Shown: one piece after another, positions 1 through 8,232 of the stretch
Layout: the number at the start of each line of letters is the position of its first letter
Position numbering within the stretch: position 1 is the first letter of the stretch
IMG/VR virus record: IMGVR_UViG_3300010002_000006
Coordinates: 124,001-188,000 of that record
Strand: one strand, 5' to 3'
Source of the DNA: an uncultured virus (IMG/VR IMGVR_UViG_3300010002_000006)
Taxonomy: Duplodnaviria > Heunggongvirae > Uroviricota > Caudoviricetes
Length of the DNA stretch: 64,000 nt
Program-made: the position numbers and the translations under genes
The notes under the pieces: generated by a model
The model's database searches: none
Told to the model about the DNA's origin: nothing
What the model saw: only the letters and a program-made list of their open reading frames with translations

Positions 1-1102
1 TATCGAAGTAGTAGGTCTTGAACGCCTCAGCAAGCATGAGGTAATATTGTTCAAAGACATACTTGTTCTTCATAATCGCCTGCTCAAACTTCACATGCGA
101 ATATCCACCAAACCCTTTGGTGTTGATACGGTACTTCATGACGTCCATACGGTGAGTATACGCAATCACGTGGATGTACTTGGTGTACTCCGGTGGTCGC
201 AGATAACAACGTGCAGGGAAGATCTGACTGTAGATCCCGTTGATAAAGTCATCGTCACCCTGAAGGGTTGCTGACAACGCCGCGGTCTTGGCATGGTTAC
301 CAAACATCAGTGACATATAAACCGAGTAGATCGATTCATGTGCTTCATCAATGATGCGATAGCCACAGGCTAAGTCCCGATAGACCTCGTCCATGCACGG
401 CAAACTGGGATCTTCTTTGACGCGTTTTAAGTACACGTCAATTTTAGTTAATGGCAAGATAATGAAGGTCGGATTGATCAGGCCCTCTTTCATTGCCCGA
501 TGTACATCCTCAACCGAATACTTGTCAACTACCAAGATGTCAGTTGGGTGAACATCCAGAAACTCACCAATGGTTTTAATCCAGATGTCGACATAACGGG
601 GAAGCACGGTAATCAACGTACGTTTACCTAACAGGTATGCCGTATAGATTGCCATAAAGCTTTTACCAAACCCGGTGGTTGCGTTGTTCACCACCACTGG
701 ACTCGGGCCCGTCATAAACTCCACGTAATCTTCCTGCAGTTCGTTACGGGGTTTGATGTCTGGATTCCGCAATTTGATCTTTGCGGTGGCTCCCTGGATT
801 ACCGCTTCGTCCTGAATCAGAATACGGTTTTCGGCATAGCCATTGTCTTTCATTAGCTGAATCAGTTCAGGCAGTTTCTCTACGTTGAACCTTAGCTCGG
901 TTTTATCAGCGTTGAACCGAGCGAATACATGACTGACTTCCCACTTGAAGGCGTTGGGTCCACCTCCAGGGACGGGAGTTTTCTGAATTCGATAAAAGTG
1001 TTTCTTACAAAAAGGAATGAGCACTTGTTTAACGAGTTCAGGTTTAAAGTCAGTCAAACGAACATAGTTGTTCGCTTTGTGCACCACTAACGTTCTGCGC
1101 AT
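1..1102 (-). CDS. SF2 (DExH-box) helicase, phiKZ gp75-like; runs off the window edge
   Basis: Not in the ORF track. Read manually from ATG at 1102 (MRRTLVVHKANN...). Walker A NATTGFGKS, motif II IIDEAH, motif III LSAT. Follows the nvRNAP beta' gene as in phiKZ-like phages. Confidence 0.85.
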   Translation of the reverse strand, partial: MRRTLVVHKANNYVRLTDFKPELVKQVLIPFCKKHFYRIQKTPVPGGGPNAFKWEVSHVFARFNADKTELRFNVEKLPELIQLMKDNGYAENRILIQDEAVIQGATAKIKLRNPDIKPRNELQEDYVEFMTGPSPVVVNNATTGFGKSFMAIYTAYLLGKRTLITVLPRYVDIWIKTIGEFLDVHPTDILVVDKYSVEDVHRAMKEGLINPTFIILPLTKIDVYLKRVKEDPSLPCMDEVYRDLACGYRIIDEAHESIYSVYMSLMFGNHAKTAALSATLQGDDDFINGIYSQIFPARCYLRPPEYTKYIHVIAYTHRMDVMKYRINTKGFGGYSHVKFEQAIMKNKYVFEQYYLMLAEAFKTYYFD

Positions 1103-1234
1103 CTGACAAACCTCTTTACTGAAAAACCCTATATAATAGGGGGCGTCCAAAAGATACTTAGCTACCTGATTTGGACTCCAGTACTTTTAAATGCTAATTC
1201 CTTTTTGCGGGAAATCCATTTCCCCTACAGATAC

Positions 1235-1792
1235 TTACGTCTCTATAGATAGTGTCCCAGTAATCCATCCCCAACCTTTGATCGTCAGTTCCCGTGTTTT
1301 GAGATCTAACGTAAGGTCAATCAGAATAGGAACGTTGGTTAATGCCAGGCCGTTAAACTGACCGGTCAAGATACCCGGTTGTTTCTCAGCCAACTCAACG
1401 CGCCATCCCCAATCCAACAACCCTTCAGATAACCTGCCTTCTGCTTCGCAAATATAGTAGCGGTAAGGTTTTTCAGGTGTACCGATCTGTTCTTCAGTAA
1501 GGGTGAGTTTGCTGAGGCCGTGTTCGCCGCATTGTAAATAGACGTAATCGATGATTTCACCGGGTTCGTCTACTTTCTTTAAGTCTAACTTATTGACATC
1601 GATGTTGGGACCGTCGTACCAATATGCTGCCGTATACGCTTCGACAAACCGTGCTTTGGTGTATTCACGGTCTTCGGGTTTGATACGGGACTCAAAGTTC
1701 TTCCACTCTTCCTGAAGGGATTTGTCCAATTGAGATTCGACAAGTTTAAACCGCCGTTCTACTTCTTCGGGAAGAGTAGCGGTTACTTTCCC
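1235..1792 (-). CDS. Paralogue-array member 4; probably the -1 frameshift extension of 1783..2211
   Basis: Frame is open from 1798 to 1235 with no ATG/GTG near its 5' end (the track uses TTG 1729). It is entered exactly by a -1 slip at GGGAAAG (1786..1792). C-terminal LDLKTRELTIKGWGW matches the neighbours. Confidence 0.65.
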   Translation of the reverse strand, partial: GKVTATLPEEVERRFKLVESQLDKSLQEEWKNFESRIKPEDREYTKARFVEAYTAAYWYDGPNIDVNKLDLKKVDEPGEIIDYVYLQCGEHGLSKLTLTEEQIGTPEKPYRYYICEAEGRLSEGLLDWGWRVELAEKQPGILTGQFNGLALTNVPILIDLTLDLKTRELTIKGWGWITGTLSIET

Positions 1793-2211
1793 AGATCTTC
1801 ACCGTCGCCCAGTTTGTCTTCGGCCAGGTTCTGATCGTGTTCTGCGATGGTTGGCAGCGATTCGATTTCCACGTTGATCAGGGCAGAGGTCCAGCCATAA
1901 CCGGCGGCGCGAGTTTGACCTTCAGCGACGTCCACTTCCAGGATCATGGACAGGGTCGCAGGAATGTCTTTCTCTGCGTCAGAATACTGCAGGATGAAAC
2001 AGGCGTCCTGTTTGGTTTTATCAAATGACGGCACCATCTTTCTTGGTGTTTCAAATTCCACCATCACGTCGTCACCGTTTTTGATTTCGACCAGGAAGAA
2101 ACTGAGTGCACCAACTGCAACGCCTGCTGGCAGTGCAGTTAATGGCGCAACGGTTTTCTCTGGCAGGGTTGAGTCCAGGGTAATTTCAAAGCCTTCAACT
2201 TGTGTGTTCAT
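1783..2211 (-). CDS. Hypothetical protein, paralogue-array member 3
   Basis: 142 aa; motif FETPRKMVPSFD; ends CTG GGA AAG TAA. Confidence 0.8.
   Translation of the reverse strand: MNTQVEGFEITLDSTLPEKTVAPLTALPAGVAVGALSFFLVEIKNGDDVMVEFETPRKMVPSFDKTKQDACFILQYSDAEKDIPATLSMILEVDVAEGQTRAAGYGWTSALINVEIESLPTIAEHDQNLAEDKLGDGEDLGK
1786..1792 (-). promoter_or_regulatory. Programmed -1 ribosomal frameshift heptamer G GGA AAG
   Basis: In-phase X XXY YYZ heptamer immediately before the stop codon. Hairpin CTACTCTT-CCCG-AAGA(A)GTAG starts 6 nt downstream. The -1 frame continues for 183 codons. Confidence 0.7.
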
Positions 2212-2220
2212 ACTAAGTCC

Positions 2221-2592
2221 TTACGGTTTATATACGTGGATGTTGACATAATGGAAACCACTGCCTTTGATCTTAATCTGACGCTTGGTCAAATCGATCT
2301 CACCAGTGACTTTAACACGGGCATCTTCGGCCGGTGACCGACTTGCCCATTGGATAATCAGGGTATCTTTCTTCTTCTCTTCGTCGAACGTTACCACAAA
2401 GGCTTTCTTGGGTACCACAGCGAAATAGAAGTTATCTTCGTTTTGAGGGACTAATGATGCACCCACCAAAATAAAGAGATGCTCACAGCTCAGCTCATCG
2501 CCGTCTGGAATAGAGAAAGTCTCACCACGGTTCACTGAATAGACAAACAGGGGAGGGGCTTCTTCCATGATCTTTTCTAAGTTTACTTTCAT
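2221..2592 (-). CDS. Hypothetical protein, paralogue-array member 2
   Basis: 123 aa; VVPKKAFVVTFD and IDLTKRQIKIKGSGF motifs shared with neighbours. Confidence 0.8.
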   Translation of the reverse strand: MKVNLEKIMEEAPPLFVYSVNRGETFSIPDGDELSCEHLFILVGASLVPQNEDNFYFAVVPKKAFVVTFDEEKKKDTLIIQWASRSPAEDARVKVTGEIDLTKRQIKIKGSGFHYVNIHVYKP

Positions 2593-2598
2593 ACGCGG

Positions 2599-2961
2599 TT
2601 ACTCAGGTTTAACAGCGTCTTGCTCATGCAGGTGTAGGACAATAAAGTCGAACCCATCACCTTCGATGGTGATCATTCCTTCTTTCAGCAGCGCTTTACC
2701 GCGAACCGAAACCGAGTCATGACCTTCAATGCGTTCGTCAATATTGGCATAGGCAAAGATCTGTTCGTTATCTACTTTGGACAGATCAAAACTTGGAACA
2801 AACTTACGTGGGGTAGTAAAGAAAATTCCTTCACCTTCCGCCACGTGGACTTCTGCAATTTCCAGCTTGATATTTTTACACAGCTCGCGACCCATTTCAT
2901 GGGTGTTGCCGTTTTTAATGGTGATGGTATTGGCTGGGAAATTAACAGTGTTTTCGTTCAT
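2599..2961 (-). CDS. Hypothetical protein, paralogue-array member 1
   Basis: 120 aa; FTTPRKFVPSFD and ITIEGDGF motifs; RBS AGGA; early-type promoter motif upstream. Confidence 0.8.
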   Translation of the reverse strand: MNENTVNFPANTITIKNGNTHEMGRELCKNIKLEIAEVHVAEGEGIFFTTPRKFVPSFDLSKVDNEQIFAYANIDERIEGHDSVSVRGKALLKEGMITIEGDGFDFIVLHLHEQDAVKPE

Positions 2962-2983
2962 TTAAATTTTCCTGTATGGTATT

Positions 2984-3010
2984 TACAAAAGGATAATATC
3001 GATCTAGTTT
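2984..3010 (-). promoter_or_regulatory. Putative phage early promoter
   Basis: One of 9 copies of (G/T)ATAT(T/C)AT-N4-5-GT upstream of minus-strand genes (core 2993..3000). Confidence 0.55.
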
Positions 3011-3074
3011 TTGTTGGCTCAAATAAAATAAAATACCCACCTCTCCTAAAACAGGAAAGGTAGGTTAAAAGGCG

Positions 3075-3389
3075 TCAATCGTCGTTCTGTTCGGAGCTTG
3101 GGAACATCGGTGAGAGCTTGTCCAATTTAGCACTGAGTTTAGGATCTGCTTTGGCCACACTGACGTCGTGTTGGTTTTGCAGGTTTAGCCAGAACTGAGG
3201 TGTCGTTCCCAGAACTTTGCCCAGGCGCAATGCCAGATTTGCAGTAACTGCACTTTTGCCGTTGATCACCCGACTCACTACACCTTTATCCACATCCAGC
3301 GCTTCGGCCAGTTTACCGGCGGTAAGACCGGTGGGATCCAGGTATTCGTATTTCAGGATATCTCCGGGGGTCGATGCTTCACGCAACAT
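3075..3389 (-). CDS. higA: HigA-family antitoxin / XRE HTH protein (no toxin partner)
   Basis: Typical HigA pattern PGDILKYEYL...LAEALDV...INGKSAVTANLALRLGKVLGTTPQFWLNLQ. Confidence 0.8.
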   Translation of the reverse strand: MLREASTPGDILKYEYLDPTGLTAGKLAEALDVDKGVVSRVINGKSAVTANLALRLGKVLGTTPQFWLNLQNQHDVSVAKADPKLSAKLDKLSPMFPSSEQNDD

Positions 3390-3409
3390 ACGAACTCCTG
3401 ATAAGTTAA

Positions 3410-3607
3410 CTATTGATTGCCGGGCCAGGTAAAGGCATCTGCCTTACCGGTAACAACCGCCCATGCCCCTGTTACACGTTGTTTAACACCGGCCCATCCT
3501 TGCATACCTTTGGGGCGGGCTGGTTCCCACTTACCATTGATATTGACGCAGGTGCCGGATTTGCTTTTATCCAACGCTTTCAGTAAATCATCGTACTTGT
3601 AAGTCAT
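3410..3607 (-). CDS. Small hypothetical protein
   Basis: 65 aa ORF with RBS GAGGT; INGKWEPARP motif. Confidence 0.65.
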   Translation of the reverse strand: MTYKYDDLLKALDKSKSGTCVNINGKWEPARPKGMQGWAGVKQRVTGAWAVVTGKADAFTWPGNQ

Positions 3608-3642
3608 GACGAACCTCGATTACGGACATCCTTGTCCTGAAA

Positions 3643-5664
3643 TTAATCGCGGGCGATCGGATGCATAAACGCTTCCAATGCACCGCCTTGGCGGTTTTTG
3701 ATCAGCATGTTGTTTGGATGTCCAAACAGTGACGTTCCCTGCCACCCATACTGGAGACTGTTTCCCAGACCTCGGCTTAACACCATCTCATGAAGGCCCA
3801 CAAAATTACGTGGTTCTTCACCCACCGGTAAACCATAATCGAGATTCTCCGGATCACGTGCCATACAAGACCACAGGAAGATGGAGTGCATGATGCTGTT
3901 GGCATCCTTGTACTTTTCATCTACCACTTTCCAGAAGGCAATCATGGTCTCGCCATGCAGCTCTGGAGTGATCTTCATGTCCCAACGTCGCGTGACGTTC
4001 TGGAACTTTAAGAAGTTCTCTACACGTTTACGGTATGCATCCAGATCTTCGTTGACCTGTGGTAATTCAAACGCCGGCTCTTTAAAGCTGTAGTCCTTCA
4101 AGGAGATCTTGAAGTTACGGCCTTCCTCTTCCATGGGGCGAGACAGCAGATACTCAATGAACGTTTTGGTCATGCGTGCATCACGCGAGGCAATCGTGGT
4201 AGTCAGTACCGGGAAGTAAGTCGCCTTACGGTCATCAAACATCGGGTTAACGATACTGACCTTGAGCTTGATACTTTCATAGGTTCTGAATCGGGTCGCA
4301 TCAAGATCATCCAAACTGTCCATGAACTGGAAGTCAGAGAAGTCCTGCTGCGTTTCTTTATCCAGGATGATATACGGATCGGATTCCCCGTTCAGGATAT
4401 CTTTGTGGAAATAGATAAAGTCCCCGGTCTCATCGGTTGTAATGTACGGGAGATCCGCACGTTCAACTTTAAAGCCCACCGAGGTTGCCGAACCAATACG
4501 GTGTTTGGTTTTCAAGATCGACTGACCAATAGGCTCAGCAAAGGTTGACCCGTAGAAGAGACCCGGTACAGCGCCCTTCTTGGTATACGGGTTATAGGGG
4601 AGTGCCGACTCCATCTTGCCAAAGCAGACTGAACAGGGTTTCCCACCTTTACTGTTGTGACACCAGGCAATATCACGAATACGAATCGTGTCCCCGGTTT
4701 CCAGCTTCTTGATCTCGTCACCAGTTAACAGGGTATTGGTACCATCTTCATTGATCGTCCAACGCCCAACCAGTGCTTTCTTAAACTCCGTACTGATGAT
4801 CTTTAACACCGGACCGGTTCGCGATCCACAGTCGGTTTGATACTGCACCGCCTGCACGACCTGTGCCAGGTTGTGAACCTTTTTATGGAACCACTCGGAG
4901 TCCTGCAACGCCGAGCCGTTACTGATCAGGGAGAAGCCCGCACCTTTGGAGTCACCGAGTGAATCCGCCAGGTTGGTAATCCCGTCTGCGTAACTGGTCA
5001 TGATGGTGTTTGGTAAGATCACGTTGTTCAAGTCGAAGACGTCACCACGTGCCACGATCAACTGGAACGACTGCGTGGAGTTCACCGAACGAGTACGATA
5101 GAGTAAGGTAAAGACATAGGGGTTCATGTCCTGCTCACTCATCATGATCTCATCGAACTCCTTGTGTGCATCCGCCATATTGGTTTTACGGCTGTGTACA
5201 CGTTCACGCAGGTCTTTGATTTTGGGATGGCGATAGATATGCACGATATCCACCGCACGGGCTGAAACCACTCCCTCTTCACCTTTGATCGCCAGATAGT
5301 TATGACACTGGTTATGCCAGGTAAAACTCAACTGCTTAATGAAATCGTAAAACACCGGGTCATTGTACTTCGGCATTAAACGACCCAAGAAGTTGTCGAT
5401 GGGTTTCTTTAACGTGTCGTCATCCACAAATGCTTGACGACCGTTTTTACTTTTCAGTAACGCCAGCTCATCAATGTAGTAGGGCTCGTCATTATAATGA
5501 CGGTGAACAACCAGACCAAACCAGCTTATTGCCAACATCCATGTGTCGGTGATTTGCGCTTCACCTTGATCATCAATGACATTGATCTTTACGCGACGCT
5601 CAGTGAACTGCAACATGCTGAGGCACGACAGATTTGCAAACTCACGTAGTTTTATCGTCTTCAC
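3643..5664 (-). CDS. Non-virion RNA polymerase beta' C-terminal subunit (phiKZ gp74-like)
   Basis: TDCGS, zinc site CHNSKGGKPCSVCFG, trigger-loop-like FAEPIGQSILKTKH; gene order. Confidence 0.85.
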   Translation of the reverse strand: MKTIKLREFANLSCLSMLQFTERRVKINVIDDQGEAQITDTWMLAISWFGLVVHRHYNDEPYYIDELALLKSKNGRQAFVDDDTLKKPIDNFLGRLMPKYNDPVFYDFIKQLSFTWHNQCHNYLAIKGEEGVVSARAVDIVHIYRHPKIKDLRERVHSRKTNMADAHKEFDEIMMSEQDMNPYVFTLLYRTRSVNSTQSFQLIVARGDVFDLNNVILPNTIMTSYADGITNLADSLGDSKGAGFSLISNGSALQDSEWFHKKVHNLAQVVQAVQYQTDCGSRTGPVLKIISTEFKKALVGRWTINEDGTNTLLTGDEIKKLETGDTIRIRDIAWCHNSKGGKPCSVCFGKMESALPYNPYTKKGAVPGLFYGSTFAEPIGQSILKTKHRIGSATSVGFKVERADLPYITTDETGDFIYFHKDILNGESDPYIILDKETQQDFSDFQFMDSLDDLDATRFRTYESIKLKVSIVNPMFDDRKATYFPVLTTTIASRDARMTKTFIEYLLSRPMEEEGRNFKISLKDYSFKEPAFELPQVNEDLDAYRKRVENFLKFQNVTRRWDMKITPELHGETMIAFWKVVDEKYKDANSIMHSIFLWSCMARDPENLDYGLPVGEEPRNFVGLHEMVLSRGLGNSLQYGWQGTSLFGHPNNMLIKNRQGGALEAFMHPIARD

Positions 5665-7738
5665 GTTCTTTCCTTAATGATAATCCAAAATCAGAGAGCA
5701 TACTGTCGATGACCTGAAGAGAGTGGTTCTGACGCTCTTCACCGGGCTTGATCAATTCAGAAATCAAGAACGGGTTAGGGGCACGGATCAGTCGTTTCAC
5801 TGAGATGTCTAATAGTTCAGCCGAGTTCGCCCAGGCCAGCATGCGCGTTGCGGCCGCACCACCTTTCTGGTTCACAAACAAGCGACCTTCGGTTTCACCC
5901 ACGTTACGGTTCAGTGTCGCACGATAGAAATCCCGCGCACGTTCATGTTTCGAGAGTGAGGTTGGCAGACCAAAGATGTTGAGCTTTGGCGTCGACTGAC
6001 ACGAGATGTCATCACCGAACTTATCCAGCATGATGTAGTAGACACTACTGATCACAATGGGCTGACGAGAACGTTTCTTCTCACCGAACTCATTGACCCA
6101 ACTTACCGGGGTCGGTTGGATTTCTGGATAGCGATCCACGAATCGTTCCATGATTCGCACACCCTGGAGATCATTGGTGTTGTTACCCAATGCCGAGAAC
6201 TCATTCTCATCCTTGGCAATCCAGTGCAGGTGATTAAGACGCATCTCCTCGGTAAAGGTATCCATAATTGCGGCATGTTCAGGTGACGCAGTTTCATAGA
6301 AACGATAAGCGATGTCCCAGGCAGTCTGGTAATCTTTATTGTTATACGCTTCCATGATTTTAGGATAGAGGTGGATGTTCACGAAGTTAATGTCAAGTTC
6401 CATAAACGAGTTATAGATCTGACGACGGTAACCCGGTGTGTTCCCCACTAACATATCCGCTACGTTGCCGTGGTCATCAACCGGTGCCATATGACTTGGC
6501 AATACCTTCATGATGATGGATTTGTTTCCGTCCATACCGGTGTTCTTAAAGCGGGTCTTACCTTCCACATCTTCACGCAGGTGAATCTGCACACGCCAGT
6601 CTTTCAACTGAATGTTGCTCATCTTACGTTTGATCTTGGTATAGCGACCATTACTGTTGTGTGTACTGAAGTCACGGGTAATGTTCGCCTGACCCTGGAA
6701 ACAGATGAAGTTCCACAGCGCATGGGTGATCGGTACCTTTTTGTCTTTGTATTCGCGTTGCTTCTCTTTGAACCAGCGAACAATCTCATTCGCAAATTCA
6801 TTTTGACGCTCTTCGATTTTCTCAAACATCAAGGTGTGTGGATGACTGCGCTTTTCGGCTCGCTTGTTGTTCGACACATTCTTATACCGCTCGGTCATGA
6901 CTTCAATATCCATGACCACACAGTTTGCACTGGAGTGGAAGAGTATGTCATAGGTAGAATCCGGAATCATCAGCGCCTCTTTAGTGAGACCTGACATCGC
7001 GGTTTCCACCGTCTTACGACGAAAGCCCATAACGATACCGTCGGCACGAACCCGTTCACCGGCCAGCGGTGTAGGTTGAGGATTGTCGATGGTTCCGTAC
7101 AAGTTCAACGGAATGTATTCATCTTCGTTCCACTGGAAGTCGTGACTGCGCTTAAACGTCACACCGATCTTCTTGGCGTAGTGTTCAAAGATCACCACGG
7201 CATCCTCTTCGGTGTAGACATGCGACATGGCTGCCACTTTGGTTTCCACACCCGGAACCCATTCATTACTTTCCGTGATACGAGCTGAGGTAGCAAACAC
7301 AGCACCCTTTTTAAAGGTCTTGCCTTTCTCAACCCGACGCAGCATATCTTTGTCGTATTTGTACTCGAAGCCAAGCTCCATATTTTGGGTGTTGAACTTC
7401 GGCATTTCAATGAGGTCGTAATAACCGGTGTCCAGGTTTTTCACGATAACGTAATGAGAGCCCCACGGCATCGGTTCACGATCATTGAGAATGTTCTTGA
7501 CGAACAAGATCTTCTCAACTTCAACCTCTGATTGGGTTTCAACAATGCGGGCACCTTTGGCATATTCCTGCTCATCACCTGAGGAGTATTTGCGATTGGT
7601 GGTTCCGTGAATAACAGCCGCCTTGCCTTGGTTCTTACCCAGCATGTACAAACGAGAAGGTGAGTTAGTTGCGCGGTTGGTGTTCATCCCAATCGCAACG
7701 CCCGCCGTATTCGGTCTAATTTGATTTGATTTATCCAT
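5642..7738 (-). CDS. Non-virion RNA polymerase beta C-terminal subunit (phiKZ gp71-73-like), uninterrupted
   Basis: EEDAVVI, GMDGNKSII (cf. GRHGNKGV), RNVGETEGR (cf. RFGEME); start set at ATG 7738 after GAGGTG. Confidence 0.85.
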   Translation of the reverse strand: MDKSNQIRPNTAGVAIGMNTNRATNSPSRLYMLGKNQGKAAVIHGTTNRKYSSGDEQEYAKGARIVETQSEVEVEKILFVKNILNDREPMPWGSHYVIVKNLDTGYYDLIEMPKFNTQNMELGFEYKYDKDMLRRVEKGKTFKKGAVFATSARITESNEWVPGVETKVAAMSHVYTEEDAVVIFEHYAKKIGVTFKRSHDFQWNEDEYIPLNLYGTIDNPQPTPLAGERVRADGIVMGFRRKTVETAMSGLTKEALMIPDSTYDILFHSSANCVVMDIEVMTERYKNVSNNKRAEKRSHPHTLMFEKIEERQNEFANEIVRWFKEKQREYKDKKVPITHALWNFICFQGQANITRDFSTHNSNGRYTKIKRKMSNIQLKDWRVQIHLREDVEGKTRFKNTGMDGNKSIIMKVLPSHMAPVDDHGNVADMLVGNTPGYRRQIYNSFMELDINFVNIHLYPKIMEAYNNKDYQTAWDIAYRFYETASPEHAAIMDTFTEEMRLNHLHWIAKDENEFSALGNNTNDLQGVRIMERFVDRYPEIQPTPVSWVNEFGEKKRSRQPIVISSVYYIMLDKFGDDISCQSTPKLNIFGLPTSLSKHERARDFYRATLNRNVGETEGRLFVNQKGGAAATRMLAWANSAELLDISVKRLIRAPNPFLISELIKPGEERQNHSLQVIDSMLSDFGLSLRKEREDDKTT

Positions 7739-7762
7739 GTTACATGACACCTCTTTTCATTA

Positions 7763-7790
7763 TACATAAAGATAATATCTGCTTCATTAT
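7763..7790 (-). promoter_or_regulatory. Putative phage early promoter
   Basis: GCAGATATTATCTTTATGTA on the minus strand (core 7772..7779). Confidence 0.55.
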
Positions 7791-7821
7791 CTTTGGCATG
7801 ACTTTTTCTTGGAGACGCGCA

Positions 7822-8166
7822 ATGCCCCTTCCTTATACTGGCGGTGATGAACTTTATTACACCGACGAATACAAAGTGATTATCCGTTCCTGTAAAGAGG
7901 TGTTACTCGCACAAGCCTCAAAGACTCAACTGTTGGATCCGGGAATCCGCTACGCCTACCGTTACAACTTTCACAAATTCTTGCGGCAGCTTAGAAACGC
8001 CAATGAGGGTGCGTTTGTTATCCCGGAAGAGTTAATCTGGACGATCGCCTTTATTAATGGCATCGAAGATCCTGCGGACGATTTCAGTCATTTTACTGAG
8101 TTACGTATCGTGACCATGGAGCAAGTGGATGCTCTTATTCAGAGTACCCGTACCGTGAGACAATAA
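7822..8166 (+). CDS. Small protein, possibly LysM-like baseplate component
   Basis: GGAG RBS before ATG 7822; WTIAFINGIEDP resembles the T4 gp53/LysM-type W-x-I-x-x-x-N-x-I-x-D-P motif (weak). Confidence 0.4.
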   Translation: MPLPYTGGDELYYTDEYKVIIRSCKEVLLAQASKTQLLDPGIRYAYRYNFHKFLRQLRNANEGAFVIPEELIWTIAFINGIEDPADDFSHFTELRIVTMEQVDALIQSTRTVRQ

Positions 8167-8181
8167 AAAATAAAGAAGAAT

Positions 8182-8211
8182 ACTACTCCCTACGATGACG
8201 TAGGGAGTAGT
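8182..8211. terminator. Terminator hairpin between convergent genes
   Basis: 13-bp perfect stem ACTACTCCCTACG/CGTAGGGAGTAGT. Confidence 0.75.
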
Positions 8212-8232
8212 TATTTACTTTTCAGTTAGTGC

